Below the pieces are notes generated by a model, which was not told the DNA's origin, ran no database searches, and saw only the letters and a list, made by a program, of their open reading frames with translations. Position numbers and translations under genes: made by a program. A stretch of DNA of 64,000 nucleotides, from NCBI GenBank assembly GCA_963790955.1, contig CAWBQM010000001.1, forward strand, positions 342,464-406,463, written 5' to 3'. Below are positions 51,548 through 60,081 of the stretch, piece by piece. The DNA is from an uncultured Chloroflexia bacterium (lineage in GTDB: Bacteria; Chloroflexota; Limnocylindria; Limnocylindrales; CSP1-4). The first letter of the stretch is position 1; each line of letters starts with the position of its first letter.

Positions 51548-52927
51548 GTGATCCACGCGCCCGCTCGTCGCGACCGCCGCAACGTCGCGCCTCGGCGAGG
51601 GGGCCGGGCGGGTATCGGTTCCCGACTGTGCGCTGGCCTGATCACCGCGGCGCTGCTCGTCGCCGCCTGCGGGTCGACGGCGAGCCCGGTTCCGAGCGGC
51701 TCGAGCTCGTCCAGCTCGGCGGGCGCCTCCCCGAGCAGCTCCGCCAGCGTCGGTTCGTCGGCTGGTGCGCCCTCGAGCCAACCCACGCCGACGCAGGACG
51801 CCGCGGCCATCTACGCGGCCATCGAACCCCAGGTCGAGGCGATCCGCGACCTGCGCCCGACGACGCCGGTCGACCCGAAGCTCATCGACGAGGACGCGCT
51901 CAAGACATACCTGGCCCAGGACTTCAAGAAGTCGAACCCGCCTGAGGTCGTGGCCGCCAACGAGCGCGCGCTCAAGGCACTCGGCCTGTTCCCGGCTCAG
52001 GCCTCGCTCGAGGACCTCGAGCTCCAGCTGCTGGGCAGCCAGGTCGCGGGCTTCTACGACGCGGACACCAAGCAGCTCAATGTCGTATCCCGCTCCGGCG
52101 GCCTGGGGCCCATCGAGAAGGTGACGTTCGCGCACGAGTTCACCCACGCCCTCCAGGACCAGCACTTCGGCCTCAACAAGCTCGTCGACACGAACTCGAT
52201 CGGCGAGGGCGACCAGTCGCTCGCCCACCTGGCACTGGCCGAGGGCGACGCCGTCCTCGTGCAGTCGGCGTGGACGCAACAGAACCTGTCCACGGCCGAG
52301 CTGCTGCAGCTCCTCGCCGCATCATCGGACCCGGCCCAGACCCAGCTCCTGAACTCGATGCCGGCCATCCTGCGCGAGACGCTGCTGTTCCCGTACACGA
52401 GCGGGCTGGCGTTCGTCACGGCGCTCCAGTCCTCGGGCGGCTGGGCGGCGGTGGACGCCGCCTACGGGAAGCCGCCCGCCTCGACCGAGCAGCTGCTGCA
52501 TCCCGACAAGTACAGCGCGCACGAGGCGCCGGTCTCGATCTCGGTCCCGAAGGATCTGGCCAAGCGTCTTGGCGCGGGTTGGAGCGTTGCCCTCACCGAT
52601 TCGCTCGGCGAGTTCCAGCTCCGGATCTGGCTCCGAGAAGTGGCCGGCCTGAGCGACTCTCAGGCGGCCGCGGCGGCGAGTGGCTGGGGCGGCGACCGGC
52701 TCATCCTCGTCGAGCACGGCAGCACATACGGGTTGGCGCTGCTGACGGCTTGGGATAGCGCGACGGACGCGACCGAGTTCTCGGCCGGCGCGGGCACCGC
52801 GCTGGGGCGCCTGCCCGACGCGCATGCGCTCATCGAGCCGACCGCCGACGGCCGCGTGTCCGTGTTCGTCGCGAGCGATCAGGCCACGATCGACACCCTC
52901 GCCGGAGCACTCGGCCTCGCCGGCTGA
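51548..52927 (+). CDS. Lipoprotein with an HExxH zinc-metalloprotease motif
   Basis: Lipobox LLVAAC|G, a Ser-rich tether, and VTFAHEFTHALQDQHF (HExxH). The start is uncertain (GTG 51548 chosen; the ORF-track start is 51239). Confidence 0.7.
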   Translation: MIHAPARRDRRNVAPRRGGRAGIGSRLCAGLITAALLVAACGSTASPVPSGSSSSSSAGASPSSSASVGSSAGAPSSQPTPTQDAAAIYAAIEPQVEAIRDLRPTTPVDPKLIDEDALKTYLAQDFKKSNPPEVVAANERALKALGLFPAQASLEDLELQLLGSQVAGFYDADTKQLNVVSRSGGLGPIEKVTFAHEFTHALQDQHFGLNKLVDTNSIGEGDQSLAHLALAEGDAVLVQSAWTQQNLSTAELLQLLAASSDPAQTQLLNSMPAILRETLLFPYTSGLAFVTALQSSGGWAAVDAAYGKPPASTEQLLHPDKYSAHEAPVSISVPKDLAKRLGAGWSVALTDSLGEFQLRIWLREVAGLSDSQAAAAASGWGGDRLILVEHGSTYGLALLTAWDSATDATEFSAGAGTALGRLPDAHALIEPTADGRVSVFVASDQATIDTLAGALGLAG

Positions 52928-52932
52928 GGACG

Positions 52933-54666
52933 TTACATCGACTCCGGGGCGGAGATTCCGAGCAAGCCCAGGGCGTTGGCGAGCGTGATCTGCGTGGCCC
53001 GGGCGAGGGCCAGCCGGCGGGCCGACCGCTCAGGGGCGTCCGGGTCGACGACGCGCGCATCCCGATAGAAGGCGTGGAACTGGGTCGCGAGCTCGGTCGC
53101 GTAGCCGGTGATGCCCTGCGTCTCCTGCACGGCGACCGCGTCCTCGACGACCTCGGGCAGGCGGACCACGACGCGCGCCAGCGCGGCCTCGGGCTCGCCA
53201 TCGAGCGCCCCGGTCAGATCCACGGCCGGCTCGATGCCGGTCTCGGCTGCCTTGCGCAGGATCGACGCGATTCGAGCGTGCGCGTATTGGACGTAGTAGA
53301 CCGGGTTCTCGTTCGACTGCTTCTTGGCCAGCTCGATGTCGAAGTCGATGTCGAGATTGGCGCCGCGTGAGCCGAAGAACCAGCGCGCGGCATCCACGCC
53401 GACTTCGGCCAGCAGCTCGTCGAGCGTGATGAACGTGCCGGCGCGCTTGGACATCGAGACCTCGACGCCGTCGCGTACGAAGCGCACCCAGCCGGTCAGC
53501 AGCATCTCGACCGCGTCCCGATCGAAGCCCATCGCCTGGGCGGCATTGCGCACCCGGGCGACCGTGCCGTGGTGGTCCGCGCCCCAGATGTAGATGAGGT
53601 GGTCGAAGCCGCGGCTGAACTTCTCGGCGACGTAGCCGATGTCCGCCGCGAAGTACGTCGGCCGGCCGTCCGCGCGGTAGATGACCCGGTCCTTGTCGTC
53701 CCCGAACGCGGTCGAGCGGAACCACAACGCGCCGTCCTGCTCGTACACGTGGCCGGCCATGCGCAGCCGCTCGACGGCTCGATCGACCCAGCCCTCGGCG
53801 TGCAACGAGCCCTCGGACTTCCAGACGTCGAAGTGGACACCGAGGCGCTCGAGGGATGCCTCGATCCCCGCGCGGACCCGCTCCGACGCCCAGCCCCCGA
53901 CCGCGTCGGCCGGAGCGGCGCCGCTCGAACGCGCGTCGGCCACGACCCCGTCCGGCAGCTCCCGGGCGAGATCCGCCACGTAGTCCCCGTGATAGCCGTC
54001 CTCGGGCACCGGGGTCCCGTCGCGCAGCGCGAGCACGGACGCACCCAGGTTCCGGACCTGTGCCCCGAAGTCGTTGAAGTAGTACTCGCGCGTGACGCGC
54101 TGGCCGCCGGCCTCGAGCACGCGACTCAGCAGGTCGCCGACGAACGCCCCGCGCGCGTTGCCGATGTGGAGGGGCCCGGTCGGGTTGGCGGACACGAATT
54201 CCACGTTGACGTGCCGGCTCACGTGGGGGTCGGGCAGGCGACCCCAGGAGCCTGGAGAACGCAGGATCTCACCGAGCACGGCCTCGAGCGCCGGCATGGC
54301 GACGCGCACGTTCACGAAGCCGGGCGGTGCGATCTCGACCGAGGCGATGAGCGTGTCCGCGGCGGGTGCCGACGCGCCGCCGCTCGCGAGCTCGGTTCCG
54401 CCGCCCGCGAGCTCGGCGGCAATCGCCCGGGCGATGTCGAGCGGTGGCCGGCGGTACGGCCGCGCGAGCTTCATGGCCAGGTTCGTCGCCAGATCGCCGT
54501 GCTCCGGCTTGGCGGGCCGTTCGATCTCGACGCCCGGCAGCTCCGAGCGCGGCGGCTCGGTCGGCAGGGACCCCGCGGCCACGGCACGCTGCCAGGCGTC
54601 GTCGACGGCGCGGCGGATCGCGGCGCGGATCGAGCCTGTCGCGCTGCGAGCGTGCTCGGTCGTCAT
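52933..54666 (-). CDS. argS: Arginine-tRNA ligase
   Basis: 577 aa from ATG 54666. VEFVSANPTGPLHIGNARG (HIGH motif), YYFNDFGAQ, the MSKRAG (KMSKS-like) motif, and the C-terminal anticodon-binding YYVQYAHARI. Confidence 0.95.
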   Translation of the reverse strand: MTTEHARSATGSIRAAIRRAVDDAWQRAVAAGSLPTEPPRSELPGVEIERPAKPEHGDLATNLAMKLARPYRRPPLDIARAIAAELAGGGTELASGGASAPAADTLIASVEIAPPGFVNVRVAMPALEAVLGEILRSPGSWGRLPDPHVSRHVNVEFVSANPTGPLHIGNARGAFVGDLLSRVLEAGGQRVTREYYFNDFGAQVRNLGASVLALRDGTPVPEDGYHGDYVADLARELPDGVVADARSSGAAPADAVGGWASERVRAGIEASLERLGVHFDVWKSEGSLHAEGWVDRAVERLRMAGHVYEQDGALWFRSTAFGDDKDRVIYRADGRPTYFAADIGYVAEKFSRGFDHLIYIWGADHHGTVARVRNAAQAMGFDRDAVEMLLTGWVRFVRDGVEVSMSKRAGTFITLDELLAEVGVDAARWFFGSRGANLDIDFDIELAKKQSNENPVYYVQYAHARIASILRKAAETGIEPAVDLTGALDGEPEAALARVVVRLPEVVEDAVAVQETQGITGYATELATQFHAFYRDARVVDPDAPERSARRLALARATQITLANALGLLGISAPESM

Positions 54667-55057
54667 CGACGTGCTTCTCCTTCGGCGAGCCGCCATCGTA
54701 GCCCGTCGCATGCGGACAGGGCGGCAGCCAGCGTTCGATCGCGACGTGGCCCATGACCGGCACCGCCGGCACGACCAGCACAAGTCCTGGGACCTCGGTG
54801 CGGGGTCGCACCGGAAAGGGCATTTCCCGCCTGTGGCAATTGGTGGACATCAGGCCGGTTGGTCCTAGAGATCATGCATTTGCCCTAGTACCTTTGGCCG
54901 GCCTCGGCGACGTACGATCCGCGGGCACTTGTCGACGACCCGTCCGTCAGGGCCGCCCAGGGGGTTTGTTCGGGGGTCTGCCCAGGTCGGCAGCGACCCC
55001 CACACATAGAGCGTTGCGGCGATCGCCGCCGTCTCGGGGATTCGGAGGGTCACAGCA

Positions 55058-58000
55058 ATGTCGTCTCGGGGTATCTGGCTCTACATGAGCGCCAGAACAC
55101 GGAAGCGGGTGACGCTTCTGTGGGTGGCGCTCTTTGTGTTCTCACTGCTCCTCCAGTACGCGTCACTCTCGTCACCCGCCTCGACGCTGGCGGCGAGCGG
55201 CCTGAAGGCCGGCACCGTCCAGGGCTTCGAGGTCGACGGTGACCTCACGTCCGGTGACGCGGCGTCCAACCCGGGTGCGATCCCGGCCGGTCTCATCGAT
55301 GGCTCGTTCACGAACGGCGACGATTGGCTGACCGGCGCTAGTGGCAACGGCGTGGTCGACCCCGCCAGTCCGCCGCATTCGATCATCGACACCGACCCCG
55401 CCAACTCGAACAGCGACGATGAATTCATCGGCGGCGCCAAGGAGCTCGACACCTGCACCTGGGGCTATGACCTCGGGCCGGTGACCGGCAAGGATGACAT
55501 CAAGCACGTCATGGCCTACGCCAAGTTCGTGGGCAATAGCGCGTTCTTCTACATGGGCGCCGAGCGCATCGTCAACAACGGCGATACGCACGTCGACTTT
55601 GAGCTCAACAAGAAGCCCTACGGCGTGTTCCCGGGCGATCCCGGTGTCAGCAAGCCGATCCGCTCGGTCGGCGACCTGATCATCTCGCTCGAGTACTCCA
55701 ACGGCGGCTCGAACCCGGAGGTGACCGCCTATGAAGTCACCGCAGTCGCCAACTGCACGAAGTCGGGCAAGGCCGCCGGCCAGACCATCACCGTCAAGGA
55801 CATCACCTCGTCGGCTGCGGTCCACTCGGCCACCAACTTCGTCGACCTGGCCAACGCCGGGTTTGGTTACACGATCCCGTCCTTCGAGTTCGTGGAGGCC
55901 TCGATCGACCTCGCCAGCCTCGGCATCCAGACGTCCTGCCCGGGTCTGTCGTCGGGCAGCATCCGAACGCGCGCCGGCGGTGACATCAGCTCGTCGCAGC
56001 TGAAGGACACCGTCAGCCCGTTCCCGATCGACCTCAACAACTGCGGCCAGCTGCGCATCGAGAAGCATGCCGGCACTACGAGTGGCGCGCTCCTCGGCGG
56101 AGCCACGTTCACCGTCGATCCCAACCCGATCCCCGGCGGCAGCGGCACGCTGACCGTCGTCGACAACGCCGGGAACGACGCCAACAGCACGGCCGGTCGC
56201 ATCGACATCGATCCGGCCACGCCGGGCGACTACACGGTCTGCGAGACGGTCGCTCCGACCGGCTACAGACTCCCGAACCCCGACTGTCAGGACGTGACCG
56301 TGCCCAACAATGGCACGTTCGCGAACGCGACCGTGAAGTTCGCGGACCCGCGCAAGACGGCGACGACGACGCTCACCGTGTCGGGTGCGAGCCCGGCTGA
56401 CAACAGCTTCGTCGCGGCCGGCCAGTCGATCAGCCTGAGCGTCCTCGAGACGAACACGGGCGAGTCGATCCTCCACAACGTCGCCGTGCACGGCACCAAC
56501 TCGTGCACCACCTGGACGCCGCCGAACGGCTTCAGTGGCACCCTCGCGCCGGGCGCGACGGCGACGTTCACCTGTACGTTCAGCGCGCCCGCCGTGACCG
56601 ACTTCACATGGAGCGCGACGGCCACCGGGCTCGACGAGCTCGGCGACCAGCACGACCCGACGAACGAGACCGTCAGCGGTGGCTACGACGTGCTCATGCC
56701 CGCCACCACCCTCACGATTGCGCAGGACACGCCCGCGCAGTTCCACGCCGGCGACCCGATCACGATCATCGTGACCGAGGCGAACACCGGCGAGGGCACG
56801 ATCTCCGACGTCCATGTCGACGGCACAGGGCCGTGCCTCAACAACTGGGAGCCGGCTCTCGGCAAGAACGCCGGCAAGGGCTCGTTCAGCGGCACCCTCC
56901 TCACCGGTGAGTCCGTGAACTTCACGTGCTCGTTCACGGCCGGGGCGGTGGACTTCGCCTGGACGGCGGACGGCAAGGGCACCGATGCCCTCGGCCATGC
57001 CGTGCCGGCGACGGGCGAGCATCAGGCCGGTTCGGCCGCGGTGGTCAGCCCGGCCACGAGCCTGACCCGCGTGTCGGCCCCGGACAAGGTCCATGCCGGC
57101 GACACGATCACGGTCGTCGTCAACGAGAAGAACACCGGCAACGGGTCGCTCACCAACGTCCACGTCGTGGCCGGCGGCGACTGCCCGTCATTCACGCCCG
57201 CGAGCGTGACCCTGGCGGCCGGTGCGGCACAGAACTTCACCTGCTCGTTCAGCGCCCCGGCCGATGGCACCGACGTGACTTGGTCGGCCGACGGTAAGGG
57301 CACCGACTCCCTCGGAGCGGCGGCGCCGGCCACGGGTGAGCATCAGGAAGGCTCGGTCGTCGTGATCAAGCCGTCCACGTCGCTCACGACCACGTCCGCT
57401 CCCGACAAGGTCCATGCCGGTGACACGATCACGATCGTCGTGACCGAGACCAACACCGGTGACGACCCGCTCACGAACGTCCACGTGGTTGCGGGTGGCG
57501 ATTGCGCCGCCTTCAGCCCCGCCAGCACGAGCCTTGCGCCCGGTGCGAGCGCGGACTTCACGTGCACGATCACGACCACGGCCGGCGACGGCACGGACGT
57601 GACCTGGACGGCGGACGGCAAGGGCACCAATTCGCTCGGCGCCGCGGCCCCGGCCGCGGGCGAGCATCAGGCGGGCGGAGTCGAGGTCATCGCCCCGGCC
57701 ACCCAGCTCTCGCTCACCAGCAGCAACCCGGCCGACCTCGGCCATGTGCTCCAGAACAGCTCGATCACCTTGACCGTGACCGAGACGAACAGCGGTGACG
57801 ACACGCTGACCGGCGTGAACGTCACGGGCACCGCCAGCTGCGCCACGTGGAGCGCCGTCGGAAGCTTCGATGGCACGCTCGATCAGGGCGAATCGCAGGC
57901 CTTCACCTGCACGTTCGGCGTGACGACGGACGACGTCGACTGGAGCGCAACCGGACATGGCACGGACTCCCTCCAGAGCCCGGCGCCCCTGACCGGCGAG

Positions 58001-59605
58001 ACGGTCCAGGGCCATGTCCACGTGGTCAACCCGAACATCGACATCGTCAAGACGGCCGGCGCCGCGCTCGGCGACCAGGCGGTCGACGGCGCGCTGTACG
58101 AGACCCAGGACGGCACCACGGTCGTGTACCGCTATGAAGTCATGACCGAGGATCCGGACGGACTCACCAATGTCCAGGTCAGCGACGACAAGTGCTCGCC
58201 CGTGGCGGCCGTCCTCGACGGTGCGCACAACACGGGTGACGCGAACGGCAACGGCGTGCTCGAACCCGGCGAGACCTGGGTCTTCCAGTGCTCGGCCGAT
58301 CTCTCGATCGCATCCGACGGCACGACCGTCCACAACATTGCCACCGCGAGCGGCCAGCCCGCGGCCGGTGGACGGGTGGACGAGACCGACGATGCGGACG
58401 TCACGCTGCTCGTGCCCGGCATCGACATCCTCAAGACGGCCGGTGACGCGCCGGACGGTGGTACGTATGTGACCGAGGCGTTCGCGAACAACGTCACCTA
58501 TCACTACAGCATCACGAACACCGGCCAGATCGGCCTGCTCGGCGTGGTCGTCGTCGACGACAACGGGACGCCGGCCGACACGGCCGACGACTTCACGGTG
58601 TGCACGATCGCCAGCCTGGCGGTCGGCGCCAACGCCACCTGTGACAAGACGCTCACGATCGGCAGCGACACGACCAACGTGGCCGTCGCGACAGGACACA
58701 CCGCGCAGAAGCCGAACGAGGACGTCAGCGCCCAGGACGACGCCGTCGTCGACATCGTCGGCCCCAGCATCCGCATCATCAAGACCGCGGGCAGCGCGGC
58801 CGATGGTGACGAGTTCGTCACCCAGGCCGGCCCGGTCACCTTCCACTACGCCGTCACGAACACCGGTGAGGTCGACCTGCTCGACGTCACGGTCATGGAC
58901 GACAACGGGACGCCGGCCGACACGTCCGACGACATCCTCGTCGGCACGATCGACCAGCTCGCTGTCGGCCAGACGGTCGACCTGACCGCGAACATCGACG
59001 TGCCCGCGAGCCGGACCAACGTGGCCACGGCGAGCGGACACACCGAGCAGAAGCCGGGCGACTCGATCGCCGACACCGACGACGCCGTCGTGCGGATCCC
59101 TGATCTCACGATCGCAAAGGCGGTTGCGCCGACGGGCGTGGTCGACCCGACACTCGGTCTGCCGGTCGCCAAGGAGGGCGATACGCTGAGCTACAGCCTG
59201 GCGTACACGCTCACGGACGGCCCGGTCAGCAACGGCGTCGTCACCGACGTCCTGCCGGTCGGACTCGACTACGTCGAGGGCTCGGCCACCGACAACGGGG
59301 AATTCTCGTTCACGAGCTATGACCCGGCGACGCGTACCCTGCGCTGGGATGCGTCGACCGTCACCGAGAGCGGCAGCCTCGGCTACCAGGTCACGGTCGC
59401 GCTCGGCGCGGCCGAGCTCGCCCAGCCGCTGACCAACCTGGCGACGATCGACTCGGACGAGACATCGCCGAACAGCGACGACCAGGCCGTCCTCGTGTCG
59501 CCGACGCCGCTGGCGGCCGCACGGCCACGCCGAAGCCGACGCTTCCCCCGACAGACACCCTCGAGCCTTCAAGCCAGGGCGGTAGCAATCCGGGCTTCGG
59601 CCTGA
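55058..59605 (+). CDS. Giant modular cell-surface protein (adhesin-like); ORF as it stands, without its anchor
   Basis: GGAGGG lies 8 nt upstream of the ATG, and the product has a signal/TM segment (VTLLWVALFVFSLLLQYASL). Then come a ~300-aa N-terminal domain, a SpaA/Cna-B-like domain (LRIEKH...GATFTV...PGDYTVCETVAPTGYRL), five ~111-aa and three ~119-aa repeats, and a DUF11-like domain. The last ~30 codons are Arg-rich and look out of frame. Confidence 0.85.
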   Translation: MSSRGIWLYMSARTRKRVTLLWVALFVFSLLLQYASLSSPASTLAASGLKAGTVQGFEVDGDLTSGDAASNPGAIPAGLIDGSFTNGDDWLTGASGNGVVDPASPPHSIIDTDPANSNSDDEFIGGAKELDTCTWGYDLGPVTGKDDIKHVMAYAKFVGNSAFFYMGAERIVNNGDTHVDFELNKKPYGVFPGDPGVSKPIRSVGDLIISLEYSNGGSNPEVTAYEVTAVANCTKSGKAAGQTITVKDITSSAAVHSATNFVDLANAGFGYTIPSFEFVEASIDLASLGIQTSCPGLSSGSIRTRAGGDISSSQLKDTVSPFPIDLNNCGQLRIEKHAGTTSGALLGGATFTVDPNPIPGGSGTLTVVDNAGNDANSTAGRIDIDPATPGDYTVCETVAPTGYRLPNPDCQDVTVPNNGTFANATVKFADPRKTATTTLTVSGASPADNSFVAAGQSISLSVLETNTGESILHNVAVHGTNSCTTWTPPNGFSGTLAPGATATFTCTFSAPAVTDFTWSATATGLDELGDQHDPTNETVSGGYDVLMPATTLTIAQDTPAQFHAGDPITIIVTEANTGEGTISDVHVDGTGPCLNNWEPALGKNAGKGSFSGTLLTGESVNFTCSFTAGAVDFAWTADGKGTDALGHAVPATGEHQAGSAAVVSPATSLTRVSAPDKVHAGDTITVVVNEKNTGNGSLTNVHVVAGGDCPSFTPASVTLAAGAAQNFTCSFSAPADGTDVTWSADGKGTDSLGAAAPATGEHQEGSVVVIKPSTSLTTTSAPDKVHAGDTITIVVTETNTGDDPLTNVHVVAGGDCAAFSPASTSLAPGASADFTCTITTTAGDGTDVTWTADGKGTNSLGAAAPAAGEHQAGGVEVIAPATQLSLTSSNPADLGHVLQNSSITLTVTETNSGDDTLTGVNVTGTASCATWSAVGSFDGTLDQGESQAFTCTFGVTTDDVDWSATGHGTDSLQSPAPLTGETVQGHVHVVNPNIDIVKTAGAALGDQAVDGALYETQDGTTVVYRYEVMTEDPDGLTNVQVSDDKCSPVAAVLDGAHNTGDANGNGVLEPGETWVFQCSADLSIASDGTTVHNIATASGQPAAGGRVDETDDADVTLLVPGIDILKTAGDAPDGGTYVTEAFANNVTYHYSITNTGQIGLLGVVVVDDNGTPADTADDFTVCTIASLAVGANATCDKTLTIGSDTTNVAVATGHTAQKPNEDVSAQDDAVVDIVGPSIRIIKTAGSAADGDEFVTQAGPVTFHYAVTNTGEVDLLDVTVMDDNGTPADTSDDILVGTIDQLAVGQTVDLTANIDVPASRTNVATASGHTEQKPGDSIADTDDAVVRIPDLTIAKAVAPTGVVDPTLGLPVAKEGDTLSYSLAYTLTDGPVSNGVVTDVLPVGLDYVEGSATDNGEFSFTSYDPATRTLRWDASTVTESGSLGYQVTVALGAAELAQPLTNLATIDSDETSPNSDDQAVLVSPTPLAAARPRRSRRFPRQTPSSLQARAVAIRASA
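56363..58036 (+). repeat. Five tandem ~111-aa Ig-like repeats (type R) in the surface protein
   Basis: Each unit follows T.LT....P..V.AGD.IT..V.E.NTG...L.NV.V.....C..F.P....L..G....FTC.F....D..W.A.G.GTD.LG...P..GE...G.V.V. Every unit keeps two conserved Cys. Confidence 0.85.
58037..59104 (+). repeat. Three tandem ~119-aa repeats (type S, DUF11/'conserved repeat domain'-like)
   Basis: The units begin IDIVKTAG..., IDILKTAG... and IRIIKTAG..., and share V.Y.Y.VTNTG...L..V.V.DDNGTPADT.DD......T.....DDA.V. Confidence 0.8.
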
Positions 59606-59700
59606 TGCTGGCCCTCCTGGCCCTTGCCGGCTTCGCCCTCGGCATCGGGTTCATCACCCCGGTTCCGGAGCGAGCCCGCCGACGGGCTGGGAGGCGCTAG
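59521..59700 (+). other. Displaced C-terminal sorting/anchor module of the surface protein (one frame off from 55058-59605)
   Basis: Frame 1 reads TATPKPTLPPTDTLEPSSQGGSNPGFGLMLALLALAGFALGIGFITPVPERARRRAGRR*, with TAG at 59698-59700. It joins the main frame if one base is restored in GCGGCCGC-ACG (about 59,513-59,521). Confidence 0.75.
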
Positions 59701-60081
59701 CGCGCCGACCATGCACCACGGTCCGGTCGTCCGCCCAGCGTTGGACGGGCGACCGGGCACGAGACCGTCGGACCCTGTGTTGGGGTCCCCGAGACCCGGA
59801 CGGGGCGTGCTGGCCTGAGCACGCCCCGTCTGCCTCTTCGGCCCGGGTCGCATTCGCGGCGGACCCGGCGATGGGCCGAACGCCCCAGGACCCTCGGTGC
59901 CGACCCGCACCGCAATAAGCCGGGGGCATTGGGGTCCAGTCATGTTGTCGATAGTCCGGGTAGGTACTTCTGTACTGGACGCTGCAAGGTCCATAGGCGA
60001 CGATGGGCGAGCCGTCTCAGGCACGGTGCCGGTGTCATCCAACGGGGGGCCGGCAGCCACACAAGGAGTTATTGGGGACCC

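Noticed and set aside
55172-59572. Two very long minus-strand ORFs (663 aa at 55172-57163 and 794 aa at 57188-59572) opposite the adhesin gene
   Set aside because: They are Arg/Gly/Asp/Val-rich with no domain-like structure, and they mirror the repeat structure of the plus-strand gene. These are typical stop-free antisense frames in about 70 % GC DNA. The plus strand has an RBS, a signal peptide and recognisable domains.
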